Part shown: positions 1-14,108 of the stretch, piece after piece
Layout: each line of letters opens with the position of its first letter
Position numbering within the stretch: position 1 is the stretch's first letter
Source of the DNA: Eledone cirrhosa
Lineage: Eukaryota
Direction: 5' to 3'
Length of the DNA: 64,000 nt
Assembly: GCA_964016885.1 (NCBI GenBank)
Contig: OZ024740.1
Coordinates: forward strand, 346,580,001-346,644,000
Program-made: the position numbers and the translations under genes
Notes under the pieces: model-generated
What the model saw: the letters and a program-made list of their open reading frames with translations, nothing else
What the model was told of the DNA's origin: nothing
Databases searched by the model: none

Positions 1-342
1 GTCAGATTTCGAGATGTTTTCAAGGAAACGGGCTTCCAGTTGCAAAGCAAGGCTAACATTCAGGGATGAAGGAGATGATGTATATTCGGCTATATTTGTA
101 CAGCATAGCCCCGCTCGCCTTGGTAGATCTAGATTTGCGTGTCTGGCTACAGCTAACTTCGATGTCGGTGGACATAACCCTATTCTCCTCGGTAGTTCTA
201 GCTTTGTGTGTCTGGCTATAACTAACTTCGGCTTCGCAGTACAAATAACACACAATGACACACAAAAAAAACATTAGGACTGATGTCATCTAATTATTTA
301 TTTGGTAATCTCTTGATTTATTGTCTTAGATGCACAAATGAA

Positions 343-362
343 ACTACTACTACTACTACTAT

Positions 363-397
<35 letters not shown>

Positions 398-410
398 ATA
401 ATAATACTTA
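343..410. repeat. (TAC)n/(TAA)n microsatellite
   Basis: Read directly from the sequence. Confidence 0.95.
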
Positions 411-881
411 TTTTTGCAATCTCATTTTAATCGAACAACACCGTATCGAGGGTGTTTTTTTTTACCGTATCACTCTGAGAATTACGCTAGGTGTGTTTAT
501 TTAAATTTCAAATACATACATGTTATTTCTACGAATAGGCCGACAACAGGGTGATGCGCATCACCGAATCCAAAGAAGTCCATGGTGAAACTTTTGTTGA
601 GCTTAGTGAGATAAAAACAATAGACTGAGATATATACTAGAAAAAATGTGTCTCAGATGATTGATCCAGGGAGCTGCCTGAACAAAGGAAAAACATGTAC
701 GAAACTATTACATTGAAAGACATGTATACCCTTAACGTAATTTGCTGATTCGATAGGGCAGATTATGAGGCGAGATTGGCCATTTAAATTTTTGATAGAA
801 TCTATCCGGTGGTGTTCCGGTCAGATTGCGTCTACACCTCGTGTTGATAGGAGACAAAGGCAGAAACAACACATATCCATA

Positions 882-1072
882 ATTGTTTCTACTGTTGGTA
901 CAAGACCAGCAATTACCTCAGTGCATTACTGGTGCTTTATTTTAGCGACCCTGTACGGATGAAAGGCAAAAATTAACCTAAGCGCGATTTGAACTCAGAC
1001 CGTAATGGTCCGTAGTTCTGTGCTGCAAATCATGGCGTCCGAGCCTCCACCAATACTGCCAATCCACCGCCC
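882..1072 (-). mobile_element. tRNA-derived SINE (octopus-like family), with 10-bp TSD
   Basis: The reverse strand has a Pol III A-box-like TGGCAGTATTGG and B-box GAGTTCAAATC. CATATCCATA flanks it at 872-881 and 1073-1082. Five more copies occur in the window. Confidence 0.88.
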
Positions 1073-1192
1073 CATATCCATATTACGGTGCAGTTTGGTC
1101 GAACAGCGGCACTTATACTTGCAATTCAAATTTCTTAAATAATCCGGCATAGTGTTTTCACAGCAATGTGAAATATAACCAATGATAATAGG

Positions 1193-1292
1193 AAAGAAAA
1201 AGAAGAAGAAGAAGAAGAAGAAGAAGAAGAAGAAGAAGAAGAAGAAGAAGAAGAAGAAGAAGAAGAAGAAGAAGAAGAAGAAGAAGAAGAAG
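1193..1292. repeat. (GAA)n microsatellite
   Basis: Read directly from the sequence; source of the poly-K pseudo-ORF. Confidence 0.97.
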
Positions 1293-1872
1293 GGAAAATC
1301 TCACAAAGAAATGATGATGAAAAATAATAAATATTCAGCGTACGTCACTTTTCAGATGTGCTCGCTCTTTGTTTATTGTCGGTTGCACTGGGACAGTGTA
1401 GATTTCGTGGATATTCGACTCAGCTTCCAACTGTAATCAGTCTCGCTTAGTTGAATAAACGATTACAAGACGTTTGGCGTCAGTAAATGATACCTTTCTC
1501 TCTTTCCTTTACCCTTGCTGTTTATATGTTTTCTACATTATTGTGTTGTTTTATTGTTTGTTTTGTTTCTAAGTGGCTACTATAATCGGTGACACGTTTG
1601 TTTAACTTTAACGGAAGCTCGTCTTCGTATACCGGAAGTAAAAAACGTGATTTCAAGTGGATTGAAAAGTTTGCTGTTGTGGAGAAAATATTTTCATGTG
1701 CTTTGTTAATACAAACAGCGATCTAGCTCTGAAATGATAACCTCCAAAAGATGCAAGATTCTGTGAATTGAATCTGACTAAAAACATGTCATGGAAACGA
1801 AAATTCGTAAATCGCACATTGTACAGTAAAGGGAAATAGAAAAGCCATCAAATGCATTATGTTGGCGAATAT

Positions 1873-1912
<40 letters not shown>

Positions 1913-1913
1913 A

Positions 1914-1947
<34 letters not shown>

Positions 1948-2859
1948 CGCGTGTGTGTGTACAAACATTACATATATATATATTTACACATAAATATATG
2001 TATAAACTCAGTATCGATTCAGTTTGAATCTGGTTAAACCATTGCTCATGAGAATACTCGATACTTGGTTTAGTAGTGTATGGTTATATTATGAAGAGTC
2101 AGGACCCGGACGGTCAAAATCTTGCTATTTCAACAGCTAGTTGCGGACTGGAACTAACTGTGAAATGGCAAGAGCTCAGCCGTCGGTGTCTTGTCTCTTT
2201 ATGATATATGTATATATATGTGGAGAGAGAAAGATAGTGAGAGAGAAATAGAGACGGCGGGTTTCTGTGGTTTGCGTCTTCAAAACTCCACGAACACAAT
2301 GTTGAAGTCCATTATAGAAGAAATATCACTTGTCGGACCTTCCATATGCGGATCTGAAATCAAAACGATGAGGATGCTAAATGAATTCCTTGTGCATGTA
2401 GCAGTATACAGAAAATCGAATTTTAGTCGCTGTTCACACTTATCGAATGCTCCAACAGCTTATGTTTCAGCATTTAAAGCATAATATTATTCTCAATATG
2501 ACATTAGGGATATATATATATATATGGGGGTGGTGCCGGTGGCGTAGTAAGATCTCTATCATGCTATAAATAGTTATTGACGTCGTCGCTAGCTTCTGGG
2601 GGAGCGGTTATGGAGAGAGAAGAGATTGAATTTTATCAGTTTCCCAATCTTTCCTCCCCAGGCTCACCAGAGAACACAGGATTGTTAAAAATAAGGTTTG
2701 GAATTCCATCTGAAGTGGCTGGATTGTTAATATGGAACCAAAATACTGCATTGTCGTCAAACACCTCGAAATATTTGAAATGGAAAAGTTCCGAGTTAAT
2801 TGTGTTAAAAACCCATTATACATACTCCTTCATCACTGAATATACCCCCACTGAAAAAC

Positions 2860-4235
2860 AAGAATTAGTTCAGTGTGCTTCAGGCTGTTGAGTACTTACT
2901 TCGCACAGTCAATGCTTTCAAGCATGCGACGCAGCTCTTTCTTGACACCCTTATCTTTCATACGATCTATATTCAAGCGCTTTGGAATCTTGATACCATT
3001 TGCTCTTGTTTGAGAAATTTTGCTTTGGGGCGCTCCAGACGATGGTCGGCCCAGCACTCTGCCCCACGCAGAACACGCACATGCTTCATATCCTGCACGT
3101 CACGTTTCTTCACAAGAACATAGTCAATCAGATGCCACATTTTCGACACAGGGTCCATCCAAGTTGTCTTGAACTTATCCTTTTGCTGGAACATCGTGTT
3201 TGTAATCATCAAATCCAACTCTACACACATCTGTAGCAAGAGGAAACAATTGTTGTTACATTTCCTTATGCCATGTCTCACAATCCATGCCAACGCGTGT
3301 GTTGAAATCAAGCGCGAAAATGTTATCTGCTGAAGGAATCTTTTTGACAAGTTCATTCAGAGACCTGTAAAAAGAGAGATTCTCGTCTTCATAGGAATTC
3401 ATCGCAGGGGCATATATACACTTAAAATGGTAAGGTAGTGATTGTACATCAAAGGAATTTTCATTGACATGACGCGATCACTGATACAACTTGGAAAATG
3501 TTCAAGTGTCGACACCAGAGACGTTTTCACGGCTTCCCTTTGGAATGCTGCTGCTCTGCTCCTCCAGTAGAACGTGTAGCCACTGGATATCTCTGTGATA
3601 TGACATTCTTCGTGTAGCCTTGTTTCAAATAAGGCAACAATATCCATATTGTATCGTCCCAGCTCTTTGACAATACGAACTGATTTTCTTTCTGGCCGTG
3701 ATTCTGAAGAAACTAAATGTAATAAGGTCCGAATTTTCCAACAACCAATATTCAATATTCATAGGTTTCACCTGCTTATTCTTCTTTGCATTTACAAGAT
3801 GATGACGGAGCCCATACTGCAGTTCCATGGGGAACCTGCCGGACCAAACCATCAGTTCCAGAGCCCCCATTACCATTAATTCGTACATTATAATGGTTCA
3901 TCATTGAATATTGTTTTGCCTTTTTTGGCTACGGCCAGTCACAATGCATCAAATTATTTGTTCAAATCGATCTAGTAATGCCTGTGCCTGAACATTTTTT
4001 TTTAATGAAGAAAAGCCTTGCACAGAACTAATCCTACTATCTGAGTATGGACAGCATGTACCGAAAAGAAGAGCTGGTCAAAATCATCGGGTGCCCTCAA
4101 CACTGCAGGTGTTTATTCGGCGTTTCCGTCTCCTAGAGAAGTGTTGTGACAAAAGGTAAGGGGGCCTCACACTCCCAGCGGGCTACTTGCACGCCTGGAC
4201 AGCAATCCAGGTATTTCCTGTCCTCGCGCACACTT
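2860..4235 (-). mobile_element. Degenerate RTE-clade LINE remnant (5' UTR plus AP-endonuclease region)
   Basis: ORFs 3399-3755 (MNIGCWKIRTL..RPERKS..ELGRYNMDIVALFETRL..GYTFYW) and 2973-3356 (LMITNTMFQ..KTTWMDP.SKMWHLIDYVLV..AECWADHRL) carry RTE/BovB-type APE motifs and are frameshifted. Boundaries are approximate. Confidence 0.85.
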
Positions 4236-4697
4236 GTATATAATAAAAACATAACAAAATGTATATACAAAAGCTCACTCTTATACCTCCGAGGATATAT
4301 AAGTGATGAAAGCTTAAAAGGTTTTAAAAAAGGAAAAAAAATAAATGTTAACAAATTTAAAAACGTATGCAAACATATATATATATATTTGTTTTGCAAG
4401 GTTTTTGGTCAATCAATGATAAACGTTGAGTGCCAAGTAAATTAACTATGGAGATATAAAATATATAGAAGCCAAAACCAACCAAACAGTGAGTGTGTTC
4501 TGTTATTATTCATGGCAATATTATTACAACAATATGACCCTCCCCAAGTATAACAATATATATATATATATATATATTTATACATACATACATACATACA
4601 TACATACATACATACATACATACATACATTTATTCATATCAGATATAGTAAATGAGATAGGTCTGGTATAATAGAGAAAATGTAGAGAAATACATTC

Positions 4698-5372
4698 ATA
4701 TCATAGATTGAGTTAGAAACTCAAAATAGTCTTTTACAATTAAATAGCTCAAGGAAGGGAATCTTTTCGAGCGGTGTAATACAATTGAATATATGAGAGG
4801 GATGAACACCGATACAAGTATACATGTGTTGTTCGAATTGCAAATGACCAAGTTAGCCAGGTTGAAAAAATACTAATTTAAAACAATATGGTTTGCCTAT
4901 CTCGATTTAAAATAATAAATCAATAAAAATAACAAACCTATATTGGGCAACTGCTTTCGATACCCGGACAGATCTAAAATCTGTTTCGCAAGAATTAATA
5001 AGTGAAAACCATCATTCTTGTGCTCTTCTGCGGGTATCCAGGTAATTCGTACCTTTCACTTGAAAAGATCTAAAAATAGCAGCCGGTTTTATGGGACTAA
5101 AGTTAGCTCTACGTATGGAGCTGAGAATATCATAGATTGAGTAAGAAACTCAAAATAGTATTTTACAATTAAATATCTCAAGGAAGGGAATCTTTCCGAG
5201 CCGTGTAATACAATTGAATACATGAGAGGTATGAACACCGATACAATTATATATGTATATTGCAAATTACCAAGTTAGTTAGGTTGAAAAATACTAATTT
5301 AAAACAATATAGTTTGCCTGTCTCGATTTAAAGTAATAAATCAATAAAAATAACAAGCCTATATTGGGCAAC
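4698..5372 (+). repeat. ~250-bp diverged direct repeat (4698-4951 and 5127-5372)
   Basis: Both copies run ATATCATAGATTGAG...TATTGGGCAAC with scattered substitutions. Confidence 0.9.
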
Positions 5373-6167
5373 ATGCATTCAGACATTTTTTCTCTATTTT
5401 CGAATTCTCTCTCCATGTCAGACATAAAACAACAAAAGGAAGGCGACTATTATTTAACTATTATACTAATATACCGGTAACTCGGCACTGACAAGATTCT
5501 CTTAGTGAAAATAAAAATGAACATGGAGTTATTAATTGAATTCATTGATTATGATGAATATTGGGACTTGATAATTAAATCAAGAAACAGTATTCTAATA
5601 AATACATCATCTCTAGTATGATGAAGTTTTTACATATGGATTCTGAAATACATCCTCTAAGAAATGGTGCAAATCATCTTGAATTTACAAGCAAGTGAAT
5701 TTGTAAGTAAAGTACATTGGAAAGGTTGATAAACGTAATTTTACGAATTCTCTATCGTGTGTCAATTACCCCATCATTTACGAATTCTCTATCGCATATC
5801 ATTTACCCCATCATTTAACGAAATATCAGTCAATTATGTTTGGTTATTCTATTTGGTAGAAATAGTAACAAAATAGCTGATAAAAACCCTAAAATTAGGA
5901 AAGCAAAAACTGGGTGATGGAGATGCTCTGATAATAATCGGATTTGTATTTGACCAGATAGCTGATGGGATAAGTATTCATGGAGGTCTATATATAAACA
6001 AAAGCATGAACGTCCGAACCAACTGTTAGTCATACGTTTAAATCATCATTTCTCCTCAACAAAAATTCCTAACAGCTACACTTGGTAGAAAGGGGCCCTA
6101 TAGTATGCAAATGTATGGCATTTATATATGATCTAAAAACACACAGTCCATGCATCGTGTGAAATGA

Positions 6168-6346
6168 ACCAGGCAGTATCGGTAGAGGGTTGGACGCCAT
6201 GCTTTGCAACATAGTGTTACAGTCTTTTACTATCTGAGTTCATATCCCACCGCGGTTAACTTTTCCTTTTATCGTTACGAGGTCTATCAAATAAAGTACC
6301 AGTAATGCAATGGGATAATTGCTGGCCTTGTACCAGAAACAATTAT
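6168..6346 (+). mobile_element. tRNA-derived SINE copy (diverged)
   Basis: GGCAGTATCGGTAGAGGG...GAGTTCATATCCC...GTTAACTTTTCCTTT...AAAGTACCAG matches the other SINE copies in the opposite orientation. Confidence 0.85.
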
Positions 6347-8089
6347 TTAACTTTCTCAAGATGAGAAGAAATTGTTTTGCTTAAGTTAAATCAGGGTGAT
6401 ATCAATGGAGAGGAACAAAAAACCAACACAATAATAGAGAGAGACATACTTCTTAATTTATGAAAGTATTTCGCCCTGAATGATTATTTAATCATTATCC
6501 ATATGTATCGAATGACATATGATGCACAACCAAAATCCAGAAATATCTGACTTCCTCTGTAAAACAAGTGTTCAGCCTCTGCTGGAAGAACTTTGAAGTG
6601 AAATCGATCGAATTTTATATTACTAGCATCTATTTTACTGACATCCGTGTCATCCTTGGCCGAACATATATTTGATGAAATGTGTAATATTATTCAGCAT
6701 TGCATCTCTCTCTCTGACAATTATGATATCTAATGTATATTTCAATTTTTTATAACGCTAGGGTTTGAATAGGGATACATTTGGCAGCTATTTTTGTATG
6801 GAGAAAATCCATGTAGTAGTTTATTTATTTGATTCATATTGCTTTACCTTAAATGAACAGATGCGGTGTATCTGCCATAAGGTTGTGGCTGATCTACGTA
6901 GAACAAACAAATTACAATTAGATATACATTTATTATATAAGGGAATAACGCCTTCCTTGAGTCTATAATATATTTACGAAGTGTCAGCCTCACTATGATT
7001 AGTAGATTTCGTTAGAGTGTTTCAATATCTCAATAGAATGTGTTGCCGGTGTAATTTTTAATCAGAAACTGAAGGAATCAAACTAAATAATTTAAGTCTT
7101 TTATTTCCGGCACCTTAACATTAATATGCGCCTACAACGTCAACTATTGCTATTTCTATTTCAGGCAAACTTTATATTATTATTCATTTACTTCATTGAA
7201 ATATGTGTTGTGTTTTTAACATCATTAAACAATACAATTTTATTTATATTTGTCAACAGAAGTTCAGGAACGGAAGCAATAATTTCGAGGGCCTTTGGAT
7301 AAATACATACGCAAATATTGCAATTTTGAATTCATCAATGAGGCTTATATTCATTCCTTTCAAAACGGAAATATAAGGAATATTTATGAATGAGTCGTGC
7401 CTTGGAGTTTATTGCAGAACTGAGGCAAAGGAAATAGATGAAAGAAATTTAGTAAATGGATTTATTCTTCTTAAACGACAGGAGTTGAAATATTAAAACA
7501 AACAACACTACATAGACCAAACAATAACATCTAAAACCAGCAAAATCATTGATTTTTGTGCATTAGAAGGGGGCTAGGATTGACTTTTAAAAATATTTCT
7601 TTTAATTATTTTAGTCATTGCATACTACACCATATGCGTATTTGTAAACGCGTGCGTGTTTATGTTTGCATGTGCGATTAAATGGGTGTAAGTATGTGTT
7701 TGTAAATTTGTGAGCGCAATATCTCAGTGCACAGATTTAATTAGTATTATCCCTTCGAAATATTTATATTCAAGGGCTATCGATATGAAAAGGAAAACAT
7801 CTAGATATTACAATTATTTTACAATGAATCTGTCGCTATCAAAGAAGAGAAAAATTATATATGTATACGTTATGAAATGTTAAGAATATATAGAAATTGA
7901 GACGACATGTATGAACTAATAATTGTTTGTTTAATTAAACATTACATTCACAACAAAATTAAAAGTTATATGATTACGATATATCGGTGTGAATGTGATG
8001 AATAATGAATATACTTAAAAAGACTTACACAACACGGAGAATAATACAATATAATAAAACGGAATATCGTTTTGTATGTACACCAATAG

Positions 8090-8190
<101 letters not shown>

Positions 8191-8397
8191 TTTAGTATCG
8201 TGAGAGACTAGAGGTATAAAGGGATAAGCGATACATATACTTAGTTGCCATAACATGGTGCATTTGTGCTCAATACTTGTGCCTACAGGGTTAAATATCG
8301 GAAGCGTTAATATTTAGTGGGCGGGAATATAAGTAGAGCGGTTACAAATGAAAGGATTACGAAGGAGAATACAGATTGTTAGAACATATTTATACAA

Positions 8398-8442
8398 AAG
8401 CACCTACGTACGTTTCGCCCGAAAAGGGCTTCTCAAGGGCTT
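8398..8442 (-). ncRNA. Minimal type I hammerhead ribozyme (U3-A8 core variant)
   Basis: Minus strand: AAGCCC-TTGAGAA-GCCC ttttc GGGC-GAAAC GTAC GTA-GGtGCTT. Stems I and II pair, and stem III is palindromic (ACGTACGT). Confidence 0.8.
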
Positions 8443-8764
8443 ACAAATCTAGAGAGTGTTCAATACTGAACTCAGAAGGTGTTTTAAGAAGATAATCACA
8501 TCGAAGTTCATGTTTGATTCAAACAGACATGGTTGTTTGCATCACAGGGCAAGGGAAGTAACTCTGACCGGTGTTTGATAAGTGTCCCTAAATGGCTTAT
8601 CCGTTCCCATGATGATTGTTTTCCATTACTATTTTATGGGTGCCACTTTACTACTGCTAAGTCAGGCCGGATCTAAGCGGCATTGTTGGTGTACAGATGT
8701 TTAGTTATGCACCCTGCCCTCCGGCGTGTTATGATTTGGTGCAGGGAGACCCGGTTTATGGTGT

Positions 8765-9717
8765 TCAGGTATCAACCGGGGTCCACCCATAGAATGACTG
8801 CTGTATTCTGTGTCTGCAGTTTATCACAGATTCTGCTCTGCTGTTGATGAGCTCTAGGGGTGCTCTTACGATATGGTAAAGCTCCGTGAGACAGAGCTGG
8901 CACTTCCTCTTGAAGTTGTAAGGTGTTGCCCTGCTGACAATTTCCCAGTATGTGGAGAAGCTGATGTTGGAGTCGTTCAATGTTTTGATGTAGTTGGCGA
9001 GTGATGTGAAGTAACTTAGCTTCCTGTTTGGAGATGTGTTCGAAATCTAGTTTTGAACGAGCCAGAAATGGCCCTTATATAATGCTTGACGCTATTAGGA
9101 CTAGTTACAGTGCACCTATAAATAAAATTGTCTGTCAGGTAGCTTCCCCTGAGCGGACAGCTTCCCTGGTCTCGACAGTTGCAGTGTCGGCCGCGGTCGC
9201 TGCCTTCTAGTGCCCGAGTAAGACTATTACTATCAGTACCTACGTTATTATCCACACCACCGCCGCTATCTCCGTAGTTAGAACTATTATATCCCATGGC
9301 GCGCGGGGTAGTGCACTTATCACTCCGCGCGCCACAGCGCCTTCTGTTGCCACCTTGGGACCCGTACAGGTCGCCAGCATGCACCCCAGTCTCACCGCCG
9401 TTATGGCAGTTGCGTCTGTTTGAGCTGCCACCAACACTTTCGGGAGCCGCTAGGGAAACATTAAGGCTATTAGAGTTGCTGTCAAGTCTAGACCTATCGC
9501 TGCTATGGTGTCGTGTTTTGGTGAGTTTACTGTAATTAGTTATCCCTATGATGTCTGCTAGATTAGGTGTAGTGGAGAAGGATATTTTAATATTGTTCTT
9601 ATTGAGGATTTTCCTGTACTTATGGTTGGGTGGTAAGTCCTTCTCTAAGGCTTCGAAGAATATTCTACATAAGTCAGGGGCCACACTCCAAGAGCAGAGA
9701 GGATGGAATGGAACCAT
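8765..9717 (-). pseudogene. Frameshifted Penelope RT-thumb/GIY-YIG coding remnant
   Basis: Two ORF pieces with PLE linker cysteines and GIY-YIG-like motifs; the RT core is absent. Confidence 0.8.
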
Positions 9718-10423
9718 AGGACATTACGTTGGCGGTTACGCGTAGCCGTGGGCTTGTTACGGGTCGTGTTGGCTAGGTAACCGTTCTTATTGTTGCTACT
9801 GTACTGCAGCCTACTGCGCATCCCCTTCGCTTTATGCTCGGGTGCACTAGCCTTCCTTGCGTTACGTTAACGTGTAGCTAAACGCAGGTTGGGGGGTGTA
9901 AGTAAAAGGCCATCGCTATTGTTAATCCTATAAGCAGGGAATAATTCTAGTAGGCTACAGCGGCTACCGTTGCCCATATCACGACCCTTATTTTACAGTA
10001 AGAATATAAATATATAAATATGTATGCATATACGCACAAATATACTCATAAACATATATACGTGTATACAAATACGCGCGCACACAGATATATATATGTA
10101 TATACAATGGTTGACTGGCCAGTTTGGCAGTTGGCCAATGGCATGTGGGCCCCAGGAGGCCCACAGTAGCATTGCAGCGGCGACTGTAGTATTTTACTGG
10201 CCAATGCTTAGCCTTCAAAGATATATCTGAAGTCTAAAAGAAAGAGTAATTTTTTTTTTAAATAAATAAAACAAATAGAGCAAAGCAGTTGATCAACCAA
10301 TTCCCCAGGGAATTAATAGAAATCAAAACGTATGATACTGAAAATATTTGGAACCAGTGTTTGTACAATCTGAAGATTGGTGTATTTATTCATGCATGCA
10401 AACATACGTATATACACACATAA

Positions 10424-10483
<60 letters not shown>

Positions 10484-10644
10484 TCTTTAATATATCTCAT
10501 ATAATATAATACAGCCAATTATCCACACAATACAATATAGTTAGCACCCCAAACGTTTAATTGGGAATATACTCCGGTATTTCCTAATGTTTGTTGAGTG
10601 AGTTGGAAATTGGTCGGAGTATCGCTAATAGCTTTCTCCGTTTA

Positions 10645-10679
<35 letters not shown>

Positions 10680-10681
<2 letters not shown>

Positions 10682-11130
10682 ACGTATACATACGTATACA
10701 TACTTACACTTAAGTATCAGCCGTACTAAGAGTGAGAAATGAAATTTCAAATTTCATATTTTCCGTTTATCGTTTTCGGTACGCCCGGCCGACTAACTCA
10801 CTCGATATGCAAATTAGGCTGCTCAGCCGTTAATATGCTTAAGGAAAGTATATACTTTCAAACGTTAAATCGACTGACAGGAAGGTATACAGTGCTGATG
10901 ACAGGTAATAAGCTAGAAACTCATCGTGCCTTTGTCAGTGCTGAACAAAAGGGCAATGATGGTTACCGAACACTGTACAGCTTAATTCGGGCTGTTTGTT
11001 AACAAACAAACCGAACATTATAATAAAGGTTCTGTAACCCCATACGTATATGTATATATGTGTACATGTATGTATTTATATACATACTACTGTACGTCTG
11101 TATACTCATATGTATGTACGCATACATACT
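10680..11130 (+). repeat. Hammerhead-containing repeat unit, copy 1 (retrozyme-like/PLE-derived; cleavage site deleted)
   Basis: Homologous to 12663-13675. CTGATGA (10895)...GAAAC (10916) is present, but AGTA is missing after GAAACT. Confidence 0.75.
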
Positions 11131-11154
11131 TATATATATATATATATATATACT

Positions 11155-11870
11155 TAGGTTAATAGGAGTTAGGTATTGTATACCCGTGTCCCATTAAGGT
11201 ATTGGCAGCATTTGATTATATTTCTTTATCCCGTTTTCTCCCCCTATATTTATAATATTTTTGTTTGAAAAGATCGGTTTTTTTTACATTGTGTTTTCCT
11301 CTCCTAATACTTGCTTATATTTCTTTATATATTCTCTATATATTTTTTATATATATTTTTTATCTTTATTCTTATCTTCACTTTTTCCTCCTTTATATTT
11401 TACCTTATCCTTACTTTTATATCTTATTATAGTGTAATCTTCCCCATACCTTATTACACATTATTAATTATAGATTATTATTATTACTCTTTTTCCATTT
11501 CTAATTACCTCCTCCATTATATATATATTGTATGCCTTTTGTGTGTGTGTAGCCTCTGCACACCCTCTGCACCCTACTATCAACGCCACCCCATCTATGG
11601 CGCAACTAACCACTCGACTCCCGGGAATGAATATGACCACAGCTAGTAAACAAGACCCAAACCCCACTCTCCGGCACCAAAATTAGACGTATCGTCCCCT
11701 GCTTTTGCTCTTTACTCGCTTTACTCTTTGTTCTTGAATGTTTGGTTGGTAGAGTCCATAACACCAATCAAACCCCTTTTATAGCTCTGACGAATCCTAC
11801 GTTTACGTAAGGTAGAAACATTGTAAGCCAAAAAAAATATGTTGATGTTGTAGACGCTCTTGTGTTCTTT
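11155..11870 (+). mobile_element. Probable Penelope pseudo-LTR/3' remnant
   Basis: Non-coding island between (AT)n tracts that ends in a hammerhead motif. The family assignment is an inference. Confidence 0.45.
11783..11829 (+). ncRNA. Minimal hammerhead ribozyme motif
   Basis: GCT-CTGACGA-at CCTACG ttta CGTaAGG ta-GAAAC att GTA-AGC. Confidence 0.65.
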
Positions 11871-11937
<67 letters not shown>

Positions 11938-12029
11938 GCACATACACATGTACTACTGACCAAATTATATTTGGTATCAATCGGTTAAAGATATCTGTCA
12001 AATCAATTAATGATGACGAATGTATATAT

Positions 12030-12119
<90 letters not shown>

Positions 12120-12745
12120 ATATAAATATTGCTTTCTAGGAGATGAAGGGTGCCCCATACATATAGGATGCCATCATTTAATTTTCATAATGAATAAATA
12201 ACATTTTCAAAAAATACATGCGTGGGAACAAAAGAGTGCAATGAAAATTTTGCGGAAAAATATCTTAGCTTCTCCAATAAGAAATATTATGTATTTTGTA
12301 TTACATTCAGAGACTTTCAATGATAACCTTTAGTCTTTCACACTCGGTCAATATATATATATATATATTCCTGAGTCCTGTATTTTCGTTGCTCTAGTGA
12401 TGCGGCTGAACTGCCGACCCCTATATCTGATTTGCTAAGCTGTCTGAACGTAATGTCAGTGGGGTCTTTCCTCATCCGAGTGCTCAAGCTACAGACCGAT
12501 TATGCATATACGCTAGCTTGGCCGTATTCTAAAGCTTCGTCAACTAAAATTTATATTTACTCCTAGAATTAATGATTAACTGATTAATTTAATTAGATGA
12601 TTCTATTGATTGATTAATTGTTTAAGTTTGTTTGATAACTTCTGGTTGAGTGCTTTATTTAATATGCAAATTTGGCTGCTCAGCCGTTAATTTTCATAAG
12701 GAAAGTATATACTTTCGAACGTTCAACCATCTGGCAGAAGGGTAT

Positions 12746-12788
12746 ACGGTTCTGACGAGTGCTAACAAGCTTGAAACTAGTACATCGT
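12746..12788 (+). ncRNA. Minimal hammerhead ribozyme, repeat copy 2
   Basis: ACGGTt-CTGACGA-gtGCT aaca AGCtt-GAAAC TA GTA-CATCGT. Confidence 0.65.
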
Positions 12789-12937
12789 TCCTGTGTCAGT
12801 GTTGAACAAAAAGGTGACGTGGTTGCCTTAACACCGTACGGCATAAATCAGGCTGTCCGTTTGTTTACAAACGAACAAAGCGAACATTATAATAAATGTT
12901 CGCTAAACTGATACGTACGTATATATATGTGTGCCTG

Positions 12938-13154
<217 letters not shown>

Positions 13155-13387
13155 GCTACTGTACGTCTGTATACATATATGTATGTACGTATACATACAT
13201 ACTTACATTTAAGTAAGTGCCGTACTAAGAGTGAGAAATGAAATTTCGTTTCATTCTATTCTATTTATCGTTTTCGGTGCGCCTGGCCGACTGAACTCAC
13301 TCGATATGCAAATTAGGCTGCTCAGCCGTTAATTTTTATAAGGAAAGTATATACTTTCGAACGTTCAAGCATCTGGCAGAATGGTAT

Positions 13388-13430
13388 ACGGTGCTGACGA
13401 TAGCTAACAAGCTTGAAACTAGTACATCGT
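13388..13430 (+). ncRNA. Minimal hammerhead ribozyme, repeat copy 3
   Basis: ACGGTG-CTGACGA-tAGCT aaca AGCTt-GAAAC TA GTA-CATCGT. Stem I is 6 bp, stem III is palindromic (ACTAGT), and the cleavage triplet is GUA. Confidence 0.78.
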
Positions 13431-13583
13431 TCCTGTGTCACTGTTGAACAAAAAGGTGACGTGGTTGCCTTAACACCGTACGGCATAAATCAGGTTGTCC
13501 GTTTGTTTACAAACGAACAAAGCGAACATTATAATAAATGTTCGCTAAACTGATACGTACATATATATATGTGTGCCTGTATG

Positions 13584-13622
<39 letters not shown>

Positions 13623-13671
13623 GCTACTGTACGTCTGTATACATATATGTATGTACGTATACATACATACT

Positions 13672-13724
<53 letters not shown>

Positions 13725-14009
13725 AATCTATGTCCATAGAATCATTTGATAAAATATATACACCATTTCCTCTCCCAATTAGCATAATTAACCACATAAA
13801 AAATCAATTAGACCAGGCTATAAGAATAAAGGCTCCTATGAAGAAATATTTGATAAATAAACGACAGCAGCCTCTTCGCGACCGACCGCAATAGAATATT
13901 TACCCAACATTTCAACAGCATGTAGAAATCGTCTAAATATACCGTCAACCATACACAATTAGGTATAAATTTAAAGTTAGAAGAAATGCGTACACTCTTA
14001 CCGTGATTA

Positions 14010-14108
<99 letters not shown>

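Larger units (their letters stand above)
8290..9990 (-). mobile_element. Penelope-like element remnant (RT C-terminus, GIY-YIG endonuclease, 3' pseudo-LTR)
   Basis: ORF 9016-9717 has HKYRKILNKNNIKISFSTTPN and CNCR..CPL.G....FIYRC...HYI...FKTRF. ORF 8765-8980 has WEIV...CQLCLTE...INSRAE..CRHR. A hammerhead motif lies downstream. Boundaries are approximate. Confidence 0.85.

Noticed and set aside
118-232. Two ~45-bp similar blocks with 69-bp period
   Set aside because: There are only two degenerate copies at the window edge and no interpretable context
550-620. 16-bp palindrome GGTGATGCGCATCACC and GTGAGATAAAAA as a Helitron/Helentron end
   Set aside because: No other terminus or second copy supports it
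1182-1436. Poly-Lys ORF and the many YI/CV/TH/poly-L/poly-N ORFs across the window
   Set aside because: They are translations of microsatellites, not genes
8270-8294. piggyBac-like GGG-TTAA ends (also 16770, 52070 and TTAACCC at 51252)
   Set aside because: No matching TIR pair extends beyond ~8 bp
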